The notes under the pieces were generated by a model, which was not told the DNA's origin, did no database searches, and saw only the letters and a list, made by a program, of their open reading frames with translations. Shown piece after piece: positions 35,720 to 45,031 of a stretch of 64,000 nt of DNA (position 1 is its first letter; each line of letters starts with the position of its first letter). This stretch comes from a virus (taxonomy: Duplodnaviria; Caudoviricetes). The stretch is from IMG/VR virus record IMGVR_UViG_3300035182_001152; one strand, given 5' to 3'. The position numbers were made by a program, and so were the translations under genes.

Positions 35720-36013
35720 TCAACCAAAAATTGGGCCGGCGTACTGAACTCCAGTTGCTGGTTTTGGTAGGTGTTGTTCGTCGGAAGGGTGCATTTCACC
35801 GGCAGCACGGCCAAGGGTGCCGTAATACTCATCATCTTCCACTGCAATGACGGCAATCTGCTTCATCGTCTGTTGGTAAGTCGGCGAAGGGTTTTGGTTT
35901 TTGATCACCATACAGTGTGTGCTCTCACCAGCAGCCTCACGGTCGAGCTTAGACAGTAGGGCTAGCAAATTCCGACGGCTAAGATATACTTTTGGCGTTG
36001 AATTCGTGATCAT
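35720..36013 (-). CDS. Hypothetical protein
   Basis: ORF with AGGA RBS. Confidence 0.6.
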   Translation of the reverse strand: MITNSTPKVYLSRRNLLALLSKLDREAAGESTHCMVIKNQNPSPTYQQTMKQIAVIAVEDDEYYGTLGRAAGEMHPSDEQHLPKPATGVQYAGPIFG

Positions 36014-36215
36014 TTGATTTATCCTGATTCCCCATCATCACTATCTCTCCACAGGGGGACAACTTCCGATAAGTGTTACATCCCAATCCCCAGAGCTCCA
36101 ATGACACAACAGGTTGACTTGTCAACCGGCGTACACTTGGTAGGTGACACCATGCTCCCAAAGAGATACGTTGACGATGCTGTTGTAACTGAAAGGCGTC
36201 TCCCAGCGCCTTTGA

Positions 36216-37415
36216 TTATGACAGATGGATCCGAGCGAAATTTCGCTTACCTACTTGCATCACGTAGGTGCCTGGTTCGATCACGCGCCTTTTGTCTTGC
36301 TCGACCACACCGTCGATGCGGATCCCACGCTGTTCGATCTTTCGCCCGGCTTCAGACATCGAGGGGCACAGGCCAGATTCCTTTAGCAAGGATGTGACAG
36401 GACGAGCGCCGCCTGATGCATAGAAGTCGCGCACTTCTGCCGGAATTCCACCGTTAGAACGGTTGACAAAGTCGTCATGCGCACGATCTGCCAGTTCTGC
36501 GGAATGGAACCGCGTAACCAGTTCTTTTGCAAAGGTGACCTTGATGTCTCGGCAGTTGACATCAGAACGACGAACAAGGGCTTGCGCGACCAGCTGTCCG
36601 TTACCGCTGAGCAGCGGAATCCAATCCCACATCAGCTTGTCGCTGATTGCCATCACCTGCGAGAACATCTGTTCGGGTGGCGTAGCAACACCGATGTAGT
36701 TGTTCTTCGACTTCGACATCTTGTGCGTGCCGTCCGTCCCGACCAGCAGCGGCATCGTCAGAATGCACTGCGGAGATAGCCCGTAGGCTTCTTGCAGCTG
36801 ACGACCAACCATCAGGTTGAACGTCTGATCTGTGCCACCGATCTCCAAGTCCGCATTGAGTGCGACGGAATCGTAGCCTTGTAGCAGGGGGTACAGGAAC
36901 TCGTGGATGCTAATTGGAGTTTGAGCCTGCAGCCGCTTGGCGAAATCGTCCCGCTCAAGCATTCGAGCGACAGTGTGCTTGGCAGCGAGTTCGACCAGCC
37001 CACGTGCACCAAGCGCGTTGCACCACTCGCTGTTCCAGCGGACCTCCGTCTTCGATTGGTCGAGCACCTTCCACGCTTGATCGCAGTACGTCTCCGCGTT
37101 CAGTTGAATCTGATGGTGAGACAGTACCGGTCGGGTGGAGTTGCGGCCAGACGGATCGCCAATCGCGGCTGTGAAGTCACCGATTAGCAGAATTACCGTA
37201 TGCCCAAGATCCTGCAGTTGCCGTAGCTTCTGCAGGACGACGACGTGCCCGAAGTGAATGTCGGGAGCGGTTGGGTCGAACCCGAGCTTGATCCGAAGCG
37301 GCACGCCGGTCTGTTGGGACTTCAGCAGCTTCTTTTCCCACTCGTCGCGCGGCGTCAGAGAGACGCTACCCGCGATAGTGGTCATGAACGGTTGTTCAAC
37401 AGCCGGGATGATCAC
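36216..37415 (-). CDS. tyrS: Tyrosyl-tRNA synthetase
   Basis: KLGFDPTAPDIHFGH (HIGH), YPLLQGYD, GGTDQ, KMSKS, C-terminal S4 domain; GTG start by GTGA overlap. Confidence 0.93.
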   Translation of the reverse strand: MIIPAVEQPFMTTIAGSVSLTPRDEWEKKLLKSQQTGVPLRIKLGFDPTAPDIHFGHVVVLQKLRQLQDLGHTVILLIGDFTAAIGDPSGRNSTRPVLSHHQIQLNAETYCDQAWKVLDQSKTEVRWNSEWCNALGARGLVELAAKHTVARMLERDDFAKRLQAQTPISIHEFLYPLLQGYDSVALNADLEIGGTDQTFNLMVGRQLQEAYGLSPQCILTMPLLVGTDGTHKMSKSKNNYIGVATPPEQMFSQVMAISDKLMWDWIPLLSGNGQLVAQALVRRSDVNCRDIKVTFAKELVTRFHSAELADRAHDDFVNRSNGGIPAEVRDFYASGGARPVTSLLKESGLCPSMSEAGRKIEQRGIRIDGVVEQDKRRVIEPGTYVMQVGKRNFARIHLS

Positions 37416-37585
37416 ACGCCGTCCCTGAACAGCTTGACGAGTCCGACGATCACGGTTATGCCAAACAGCATGTAGAAGCCGAACACCACTCCTGCGCCAA
37501 TCAGTGCGCCCGTCAGGAACGCGCTGCAGCTCAGACCACCAATAAAGGCGCCGATTGCAGCGCCTGCACACATCCATTTCAACAT
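37412..37585 (-). CDS. Small membrane protein
   Basis: Gly/Ala-rich hydrophobic, AGGAG RBS. Confidence 0.6.
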   Translation of the reverse strand: MLKWMCAGAAIGAFIGGLSCSAFLTGALIGAGVVFGFYMLFGITVIVGLVKLFRDGV

Positions 37586-37873
37586 TGTTTTTCTCCTGTG
37601 AAAATCCGTATACGTGAGCAGGTTGGTGAATCGATGTGTTACACTTACACCAGCAGTCAGCATGTCCCTTATCCGGAAAGGTCCACGTTTATCTAACGCC
37701 CTGCTCGTTACGCAGGATAACCGAAGCTCAAATCCAACTCTGCTCGCGTATACAGACGAGGATGGGGCTGTGATTCTGGCCGCCCCACCTTTTTGACGTT
37801 TCCAGGCAAACAGTGCAGCAATACGTAGCACCACACGTATTGCTGCTGGATTATGAGACCAGCAGCAAATCGC

Positions 37874-38113
37874 TTACTTGCGACGGGCCGGGAAGCCGTT
37901 GTCGTGACCGCCGGAGCGGCTGTTGTACGAGTGCGTGCGTTCGTTCGCACGTTCGCCGAACTTCGGATGATCCGGGCCCTTCGACACGGTGAACTTGTAG
38001 TGCTCCGGCTTGTCGTCCTTTGCGGGGACCTTCGCACCGCGAGCGACCTTCGCCGCCTCCTTGGTTTCGAAGTATTGGACCGGGGTGGTGTTCAGTTGAT
38101 AGATGCGCTTCAT
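37874..38113 (-). CDS. Small basic protein
   Basis: GGAG RBS; GC3-biased codons. Confidence 0.6.
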   Translation of the reverse strand: MKRIYQLNTTPVQYFETKEAAKVARGAKVPAKDDKPEHYKFTVSKGPDHPKFGERANERTHSYNSRSGGHDNGFPARRK

Positions 38114-38129
38114 GGCCTTTGCTCCACGC

Positions 38130-38700
38130 TGTTGATGAAAATTGTTCGGACATTGCCCATTAGGCAATCTGCGAACAACTTAGAAGCAACGGTGAGGATT
38201 CGGCTCACCGCCACCTATTTTCAAAACCCCTACCACCGATCTGGCGCACCTTTGTGGCGTGCTGGGCGTTTCCCGACGACCGTACCGTCGTTGATAAATC
38301 TCTGCGTCATTGCTAGGGCGTACGTGCTTTAGCAATCAGAGGATGTCCGAGTATGTGTTCTCCTAAGGCGTAAACTACTCGCAGTGTCAGTAATATGTGT
38401 GGGTGGAGTCCCAGGCCCTCTCACGCTACGGAATCGACCGTATGCCCTGACATATTACCAAGACAGCAAGGCGGGATATGCACCCGCTCCCATACTCTCA
38501 GAGTCTCCACCAGTCCCAGATACGACATCTTCTCTGGGGTTAGACCAACGACGTAGTGGCCACTACAATCTGTCAGTCGGCGACCGATCACCTTCAAGGG
38601 CCCGATCGGCTAGGACCTATCTTCCAAAGAGCAACCCCAACCACGAGGATCTGCTTCACTCAACCTCGCAGTTTTACGTGCAACGTTTCGTTCAACCGAT
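38130..38700 (-). ncRNA. Putative large (~570 nt) ornate ncRNA
   Basis: No credible minus ORF; more than 12 helices incl. long-range and pseudoknot-like pairings; promoter TTGCGT-17-TAGAAT at 38735-38707. Confidence 0.55.
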
Positions 38701-38726
38701 GAATCTATTCTATGGAGAAACCCTAA

Positions 38727-38960
38727 TTAACGCAACCGACTAACGGGTGTAAACGTAAACCAGCGGAGATGGCCGATCACCACGTTGTTCTGCTTGATCG
38801 TCAGGCGAGCCCCAACCGCCCATGCAACAGCAAGAGCAGACAGTAGCAACCCGATCAGGATCACAGCCAGCACGACCATCGCTGGGACGAGTACGCAAGC
38901 TAGTGCGATCTTTGCAACTGCACCAAAGAATTGACCGAGCACGATCAGTAGTTGTTTCAT
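38727..38960 (-). CDS. Small membrane protein
   Basis: Hydrophobic; ATGA overlap. Confidence 0.6.
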   Translation of the reverse strand: MKQLLIVLGQFFGAVAKIALACVLVPAMVVLAVILIGLLLSALAVAWAVGARLTIKQNNVVIGHLRWFTFTPVSRLR

Positions 38961-39139
38961 TTGCACACCTTTTGCACCACGTATGCTGCCGCAAATCCGA
39001 CAGCAAGATACGGAGCGAGGTGAATGATCAGGGCGCCGATTGTGGCGAGAATTCCAACGCCAAATACGAACGCAGGGAGAAGGCACACCACTGCGAGAGT
39101 GGTCAGCACAGCAACAAGGGCAATCTTCAGAGGAGTCAT
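38957..39139 (-). CDS. Small membrane protein
   Basis: Hydrophobic 60 aa. Confidence 0.55.
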   Translation of the reverse strand: MTPLKIALVAVLTTLAVVCLLPAFVFGVGILATIGALIIHLAPYLAVGFAAAYVVQKVCK

Positions 39140-39190
39140 TTTACGTCACCAGTTACACAAAGTACTGATATCGTATAGGTCACCCTGTTA

Positions 39191-39457
39191 TTACGCAACA
39201 GCTGCCGGTACAGTTGGCACAGCGGAGGACGACCTGATCATCTTCCACTCTTCGAACTTCTTGCCTTCCGGCTCGACAGTGAACGACAGCACAACATTCT
39301 TGTTGTCAAGTGGTCGCCACTGCTTGATCCCTGTCAGTTTGTGGCACTTGCCATCAATCTCAACCAGAATGTCTAGATCGGGATGACAGATCCCAAATTG
39401 GTGTTGCAGTGTGCCGATTGTTGCGCCGTCCGGCCAGTCGACTAATTGAATTGTCAT
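39191..39457 (-). CDS. Hypothetical protein
   Basis: GGAGG RBS. Confidence 0.6.
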   Translation of the reverse strand: MTIQLVDWPDGATIGTLQHQFGICHPDLDILVEIDGKCHKLTGIKQWRPLDNKNVVLSFTVEPEGKKFEEWKMIRSSSAVPTVPAAVA

Positions 39458-39502
39458 GGAGCCTCCTGAAAGACTCCACCTTCAACTAACCGGATTGTTA
39501 TG

Positions 39503-39793
39503 TCAACCGATCACGTATGTGTGGTTGATCAGACGCTCACACATCTCACTGCGCCGCATTACAGCAACTCCGTATTTGTCGCCATCCATCCTGCGAACGT
39601 GGACGCAGTAGTCGCTGTAGTTGTTGTCGGCCCGCAGGAAGAACTCGCTCGGGATGGGCTGAGCGTCGACGTTCGTCAGATATACATTGTCGAACCCAGC
39701 AGTTGCGACAATCATCTCACGACCATCGACGAGCACGTGCACACCAGCTCGCACCATCATGATTTGTTCCGGGGTCTCGTTCAGGTTGATCAC
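39503..39793 (-). CDS. Hypothetical protein
   Basis: GTG start after AAGGA, adjacent to upstream stop. Confidence 0.55.
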   Translation of the reverse strand: MINLNETPEQIMMVRAGVHVLVDGREMIVATAGFDNVYLTNVDAQPIPSEFFLRADNNYSDYCVHVRRMDGDKYGVAVMRRSEMCERLINHTYVIG

Positions 39794-39794
39794 G

Positions 39795-40175
39795 TCAGTT
39801 TCCTTCAACCATCGACATCGCGTTGTCACGCAGATTGAACGACGCCATCTTTCTGGCGATCGGAACGAGCACATCCGGGTCGAGGTGCGGGTTATATATC
39901 GAAGCACCACGGTAGCGGAAGAATTCCCGCATCTCGTGCAGCTCTGCCCGCTCGATCAAGTGGAACACTTCACTGACGACCTCCTGGCGGCACATATGCG
40001 GAGACAGGTATGCTTTCGCACCTCGCCACGGAACTATCTCCTGGGTAACGCTATCCAGCGTTGTCGCCCCGATCTGCAGGTACGGACGGTGGCCATCCGT
40101 TGACAGTGTGATCGTCCAACCCGGCTTGTACGTGATCTCGCCCACGATCTGCTGCATCTGCTCGAACGTCAACAT
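39795..40175 (-). CDS. Hypothetical phage protein
   Basis: GGAG RBS; ORF. Confidence 0.65.
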   Translation of the reverse strand: MLTFEQMQQIVGEITYKPGWTITLSTDGHRPYLQIGATTLDSVTQEIVPWRGAKAYLSPHMCRQEVVSEVFHLIERAELHEMREFFRYRGASIYNPHLDPDVLVPIARKMASFNLRDNAMSMVEGN

Positions 40176-40462
40176 CGCTGATCTCCATCTATCGTGTGAT
40201 CAGTCGATCGTAACCCTTACAGCTGCGAACGACAATAGGGTTAGACGGTTCTCGCCGGCAGGCTGATTTCAGCCAAGATGTTCGGCTCAACAACAGCGAT
40301 CAGCCAGCAGCTGTTATCCTTCAGTTGAGCAGACAGCAGGCCCCTCGTCCCGTTGTAGTTTGTCGACTTCATCCAACCGACGAATTGGTCGTCATGGATT
40401 CGTTCCCACCCAGCAACCCACTCCAGTTCCAGCAACTGGTCGTACTTTGTCTTCTTGAGGGA

Positions 40463-40735
40463 TCATTGGGTGTACTGTTGGTGGAACATATCGTCCGGCA
40501 TCACCCCAACATCATCACCGGTGAACACCACCCACTCGCCGACGCACACCTTGACCAGATGGTCTCCGAACTTCACAGCTCGGCACGTCGGCCCGAACGC
40601 CTCCAGGCCCTTCGGGATCTCGCGCAGCGTGTCGCCGCGCTCGGTGCACTTGACGATGTCGAGGCCGCGGATGTTCGTCTCGTGACCGGTATACCGGACC
40701 GCGTCAACAGTCGGATGCTTTGCATGGTACAGCAT
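40463..40735 (-). CDS. Hypothetical protein
   Basis: AAGGAG RBS. Confidence 0.65.
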   Translation of the reverse strand: MLYHAKHPTVDAVRYTGHETNIRGLDIVKCTERGDTLREIPKGLEAFGPTCRAVKFGDHLVKVCVGEWVVFTGDDVGVMPDDMFHQQYTQ

Positions 40736-40747
40736 GTGTACTCCTTG

Positions 40748-41047
40748 TTAGTTGGTCAATGCGTCAGACAGCGCCCGACTAGCAAGCGCATCCTCCAGGA
40801 AGGTGGCCTCGATGTCACGCATCAGGGCGTCGTGGTAGTACTTCTCCATTCTTTCCCGGTCGGAGTGATTGATCGACACCATGCACGGGATCCCGGATGA
40901 GTTGTCCTCCAGGTACTTCCCGTGCAACTTCATCAGCGCCCATGCATGGGCGGAGCGCTTGACACGGTCCCAGGCGCCACCCTGCAGCTTGACTGCCTGC
41001 GTCAGTTGCTTGACCACTTCCTGCAGCTGGTCTTGGTCGAGTACCAT
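40748..41047 (-). CDS. Hypothetical protein
   Basis: ORF, GC3 bias. Confidence 0.6.
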   Translation of the reverse strand: MVLDQDQLQEVVKQLTQAVKLQGGAWDRVKRSAHAWALMKLHGKYLEDNSSGIPCMVSINHSDRERMEKYYHDALMRDIEATFLEDALASRALSDALTN

Positions 41048-41183
41048 CAACTATACACCTTCGGTGAGAGATCGGCGACTACGCGTAGTCGCCGATCTCT
41101 CGTTGCTTTGGAAGAGGAGGGGGTCGACGAGTCGCTTGTCGAGTTCGTTTAAGACCAGTATACTGATTGTCCGTACGATCGCG

Positions 41184-41552
41184 TTAGGGGGACAACACCG
41201 GGTCGGGAACAGGGAACAGGGAACAGGGAACAGGGAACAGGGAACAGGGAACAGGGAACAGGGAACAGGGAACAGGGAACAGGGAACAGGGAACAGGGAA
41301 CAGCAAGTACGGTTGGGTCGCGACCTTGTTCGCCCGATGATCAGCCCACCCGTCGTCCGTCTGTTCACCGTTAATGAACACCTTGCGGCTGATCATCTTC
41401 AGGGACACCCAGCCGGAAGAAGAGAACTTGATCGTGCGACCAATCACAACAGACGCCCGGCTACCTTCCGTTGAGGTGTACCCGTACGTCGCACCGAGAA
41501 CAACTTCGTTCCCGAGTGCATCTTTGGTTGGTAGTTGCTTGCGGCTCATCAT
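41184..41552 (-). CDS. Hypothetical protein with repeat-expanded C-terminus
   Basis: ATGA-coupled start; ends in (LFPVPCS)n. Confidence 0.6.
   Translation of the reverse strand: MMSRKQLPTKDALGNEVVLGATYGYTSTEGSRASVVIGRTIKFSSSGWVSLKMISRKVFINGEQTDDGWADHRANKVATQPYLLFPVPCSLFPVPCSLFPVPCSLFPVPCSLFPVPDPVLSP
41205..41302. repeat. Heptamer tandem repeat (GGGAACA)14
   Basis: 14 exact copies counted. Confidence 0.97.
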
Positions 41553-41758
41553 CGGTGGTTGTAGTAGTAGCCCAATCCGAGCGTGGCTTGAATGAACACA
41601 GCGAAAGTTGACAGTAGGACCCACCAGTTCCCCGGGACGATCCTCAGGTTCGTTTCCAAGAACGTAGTCATCCCCAGGATCACCACTGTTCCGCCACAGA
41701 ACACGAGGATCAGCATCCCCAGGATCACGACCAGCAAATTTGGCTTGCGGCATTTCAT
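41549..41758 (-). CDS. Small membrane protein
   Basis: Two hydrophobic segments. Confidence 0.55.
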   Translation of the reverse strand: MKCRKPNLLVVILGMLILVFCGGTVVILGMTTFLETNLRIVPGNWWVLLSTFAVFIQATLGLGYYYNHR

Positions 41759-41998
41759 GTTCGGTCCTTTACAGATTCAACAGGCTACCGCGGTAGCCTG
41801 GAGGCAGACCGAGATAGCTGGTTATTTGGTTGCAGGAGCCAGGTTCGGGAGCCAGGTTCGGGAGGGATCGGCACAGGGACGACCGGCCCGGTTCCACTAC
41901 ACAGGCAGATCGATGAGCCCAGCGCCCACCCTGCCGGCCCGGTTGGGCCGTTCGGCTTTTTCACCGGCCACAGTAGTAGCCGAGAGGCGGCACAGCAC

Positions 41999-42367
41999 TC
42001 ATTGCTTGTACTCCCCGTAGTCAGCAAGCCGTTGCGATTCGGTCGCAACGATCTTGAACGTCACAATCTGGCCTGGGACATCGGAACACGGCGAGCTCCT
42101 GCCACCACCGACATCCTTGATGTACAGCGTGTGCAGGCAGTACCACATCTCAGTGAAGTCCGGATCTTTGACCGCCCAGTTCAGCGCGAGCACTGGGTCG
42201 GTCGTGTACGGACCATCTTCGCCGCCGCTGAACAGCGAATTGCTCGTCAGGTACTTCTTGACGCCGTCATGGACGACCTCGATGCAGACGCGGTCACCTC
42301 GCTCGGCCGCTTGGTTCAGGCGAGCGAGGATGTTCGGAGGAGGCAGCTGGCGCACGATCACACTCAT
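41999..42367 (-). CDS. Hypothetical protein
   Basis: ORF, GC3 bias. Confidence 0.6.
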   Translation of the reverse strand: MSVIVRQLPPPNILARLNQAAERGDRVCIEVVHDGVKKYLTSNSLFSGGEDGPYTTDPVLALNWAVKDPDFTEMWYCLHTLYIKDVGGGRSSPCSDVPGQIVTFKIVATESQRLADYGEYKQ

Positions 42368-42370
42368 CGA

Positions 42371-42595
42371 CTAACGGTTGCTCACAGCATGCGACAGGAC
42401 CGTCACCTCCGGGTTGTTGTGCCAGTGGCGATCGATCGTGTTCGTCTTCTCGAACGCGACTTCGATGTCGTCGGTGTTGACCGACGCAACTGCCTTGTAC
42501 GATGACACTGGGATCGTTGCCTTGATGAACTCCGCCGAGCGGTAACCAAGCATCCGGTCGCCATCTTCGTTGAGGTAGTATACGGTGATCGACAT
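42371..42595 (-). CDS. Hypothetical early protein
   Basis: AAGGAG RBS, promoter-like upstream. Confidence 0.65.
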   Translation of the reverse strand: MSITVYYLNEDGDRMLGYRSAEFIKATIPVSSYKAVASVNTDDIEVAFEKTNTIDRHWHNNPEVTVLSHAVSNR

Positions 42596-42659
42596 CTGTG
42601 TTGCTCCTTGATGGGATTGGAGTATCGTAACCCCTTCACCCCATTAAGGCAACAGCCAC

Positions 42660-43076
42660 TTAACGACGAACAGGCTCGTCGTATTGGAGACCAAACAGCT
42701 CGGCGATCTCAGCCATCTGTTGCTCGTACACAGCAGCACCGTGCTCCTGCTTGACGTGCTCACCATTAACATTCAGTCGGGTCAGCTTCAGGGCAGTGTC
42801 GTGAGCATTCTGCAGACGGATCAGCAGCTCGGTGTCAACACCCTCCAGCTCCTTGAGCACCGCATCATTCGCAGGGCAGTGGTGCTCAAGGATGTGCGAG
42901 ATTGGACCGAACGTGTTGCGGGCAGTGTCTGTCGTCAGCAGGTGGCCAACACCGCAACGGACCGCAGGAGTGTCCGGGACAATGTATGTACACCGGCCAT
43001 CCTTGTCAACCGCCCGGCGGTATTGTTGGCCTCGGATCCCCTTCAGGGAGCGGGTGAATGCTTGCTGGTTGTCCAT
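42660..43076 (-). CDS. Hypothetical early protein
   Basis: GAGG RBS. Confidence 0.65.
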   Translation of the reverse strand: MDNQQAFTRSLKGIRGQQYRRAVDKDGRCTYIVPDTPAVRCGVGHLLTTDTARNTFGPISHILEHHCPANDAVLKELEGVDTELLIRLQNAHDTALKLTRLNVNGEHVKQEHGAAVYEQQMAEIAELFGLQYDEPVRR

Positions 43077-43149
43077 CTATACCTCATACGTAGTGATAAG
43101 GTATACTGTCTATGTGACCCATTTAATGATCAACCGACTCGCTATTAGG

Positions 43150-43506
43150 TTAACGCCCCCCGAGGCGTCCATACGCGTCGTTCAGAGCCCGCTTGATCCC
43201 GTCGCACTCAATCTGCTGGCGCGCTGCCGGGCTCAGCCTCAGCAGGTAGTACTGGTCCCGGGTCATCACCTTCGACCACCCGACGCTTGCACTGAACGAC
43301 CGGCTGCCATTGAGCGACGTCCCCCGCTCGTCGGCGAACTGGTACGTCGTTGGACCGTTCACAGCCAGATCAAACCGCCACAGCGTCAGTGCAGCAACAG
43401 GCCACCCACCAAGCTGCTGATCAACAAGAGCGGCGAGCTGCCGGTCCGGTGACGCAACACCGTTGATGTACTCCGGCACATCCTTGGTTGTCATCCTGTA
43501 TGGCAT
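43150..43506 (-). CDS. Hypothetical protein
   Basis: ORF. Confidence 0.6.
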   Translation of the reverse strand: MPYRMTTKDVPEYINGVASPDRQLAALVDQQLGGWPVAALTLWRFDLAVNGPTTYQFADERGTSLNGSRSFSASVGWSKVMTRDQYYLLRLSPAARQQIECDGIKRALNDAYGRLGGR

Positions 43507-43509
43507 CTG

Positions 43510-43809
43510 CTATCCCCGTGCGAGCTGCACCATCACATCGGTGATCTTCCGCTGGGCGTTCTTGATGTGCGTGTCCGTCCGACCAGTCCACGAATAGTCG
43601 TTCTCCCGCAGCGCTTCGTTCAGGCTGTCGATCGCGCCGTGCAGCTGGTTGATCACGTGCTGGTTCGTTGCGAACGGGCGGACGTTGCGGGTGACCTTGA
43701 ACCGGTGCTTGTTGTTCCATTCCGCAGTCATCGCGATGTCGAACGGGTGCGTCTCCAGCGTGTAGCCGGCGTCCGCGATCGCACCGAGGTATGCAGACAG
43801 TGCTTGCAT
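43510..43809 (-). CDS. Hypothetical protein
   Basis: AAGGAG RBS. Confidence 0.65.
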   Translation of the reverse strand: MQALSAYLGAIADAGYTLETHPFDIAMTAEWNNKHRFKVTRNVRPFATNQHVINQLHGAIDSLNEALRENDYSWTGRTDTHIKNAQRKITDVMVQLARG

Positions 43810-43834
43810 CTTGTTGCTCCTTCCCTGTGACCCG

Positions 43835-44248
43835 TCAAGCGTACAGCCCGTGCGGGTGGCCGTCCTCGAACGCCTCCAGCGTCAGGTCGCGCGACTGGTA
43901 CAGCACCTTGATCGCCTCGCTTGGGCGCATCAGCGTCCAGCTGCACGGGCCATCCGCCCACTCGTACGTCTCGTCGATGTGGCGGATCACCGAAGCAGGA
44001 TCCGCTGCGACCATCCGCATGCTGCCGCTGTACTGGACGCCATCGCAGTCACGGCCGGACCACATCACTGCGATCGATCCTTCCTCTTGCAGCTCGGCGA
44101 TCTGCCGGTGCATGCGGATCCGCGCTTGCGTCTGGTTGTGCAGCTCCTCGATCCGGTCGCCGAGCACCTTGTTCAGGATGAACAGGCGCCGGCTCGGCGT
44201 GACGTCGGCAGTGCGGATTGCGCTCAGCAGGTTGGTGGTCGACAGCAT
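43835..44248 (-). CDS. Hypothetical early protein
   Basis: GGAG RBS; promoter upstream. Confidence 0.65.
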   Translation of the reverse strand: MLSTTNLLSAIRTADVTPSRRLFILNKVLGDRIEELHNQTQARIRMHRQIAELQEEGSIAVMWSGRDCDGVQYSGSMRMVAADPASVIRHIDETYEWADGPCSWTLMRPSEAIKVLYQSRDLTLEAFEDGHPHGLYA

Positions 44249-44306
44249 GTTGGTCTCCGGTTGCGATGGGAGTACTATCCCAGCACTCCGGGTTAGGGTC
44301 AACCGT

Positions 44307-44540
44307 TTACTTTAGCGCGCTGGCAGGTGGGAGCTGAACACGTGCTTCGCCTCGATCGCAAACGTGCCACACCATGTCGGAGCACGAGCCGTTGAGCGTC
44401 TGCTGGCCCTGCAGGTACCAATACACAACGGTGTGCGTCCGGTTGACGAACTCGGAGAACTGCTTGGCTTGCTAGTTCAACTCGACGCACTTGCTGAGGA
44501 CCCACGAGAACGTGTGCTTGAGGAAGTCGTCGTGGTCCAT
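44307..44540 (-). pseudogene. Small gene interrupted by in-frame TAG
   Basis: MDHDDFLKHTFSWVLSKCVELN*QAKQFSEF..; GC3 codon bias continues through TAG 44474-44472. Confidence 0.45.
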
Positions 44541-44660
44541 AATTGTGTTCAGTGGCCGGCGACAAAGATCACGACGTCGAGCAGCAGCTCACGGACACGC
44601 CGCACGATCGGACGGATCCGGTTGCCGAAATTGGTTCGTTGGTATGTAGTCATCATCACC

Positions 44661-44975
44661 TCAGTCGTTGATCAGGTGCAGCTCGTAACCATCCAGCTGC
44701 GGGTTGCTCCGCACCGTCTCGTGAGTCGGGCGGAAGATCATCACCTCAACCTCATCGTCCGCGTTGATCACGTCGTGCGACCAGTGCCACACGGTCGTGA
44801 CACCAGTCTCGTCGCTGCGGATCGCCAGGCCGACATCAGCAGCGTCGTCGTACAGCTGGCTGAGCGGCGAGTTGCCGGGGCGGACCCCAAGGTCGCTCAG
44901 CTCAGCAACCAACAGGCCGCGCTTTCGGTTGCACGAGAACAGCTTGGACGAGAACGGGGTCAGTCGCAGTTGCAT
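44661..44975 (-). CDS. Hypothetical early protein
   Basis: GGAG RBS; TTGATC-17-TATAGT at 45027-44999. Confidence 0.7.
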   Translation of the reverse strand: MQLRLTPFSSKLFSCNRKRGLLVAELSDLGVRPGNSPLSQLYDDAADVGLAIRSDETGVTTVWHWSHDVINADDEVEVMIFRPTHETVRSNPQLDGYELHLIND

Positions 44976-44998
44976 GTTGGTCTCCAGTTGATGTGGCT

Positions 44999-45027
44999 AC
45001 TATACATCAGCATCCACATCGGATCAA
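44999..45027 (-). promoter_or_regulatory. Sigma70-type early promoter
   Basis: TTGATC-17-TATAGT. Confidence 0.75.
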
Positions 45028-45031
45028 CGGG

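Noticed and set aside
41205-41302. CRISPR array
   Set aside because: Contiguous 7-nt units with no spacers, and no cas genes; the 46- and 56-bp repeats also occur only twice.
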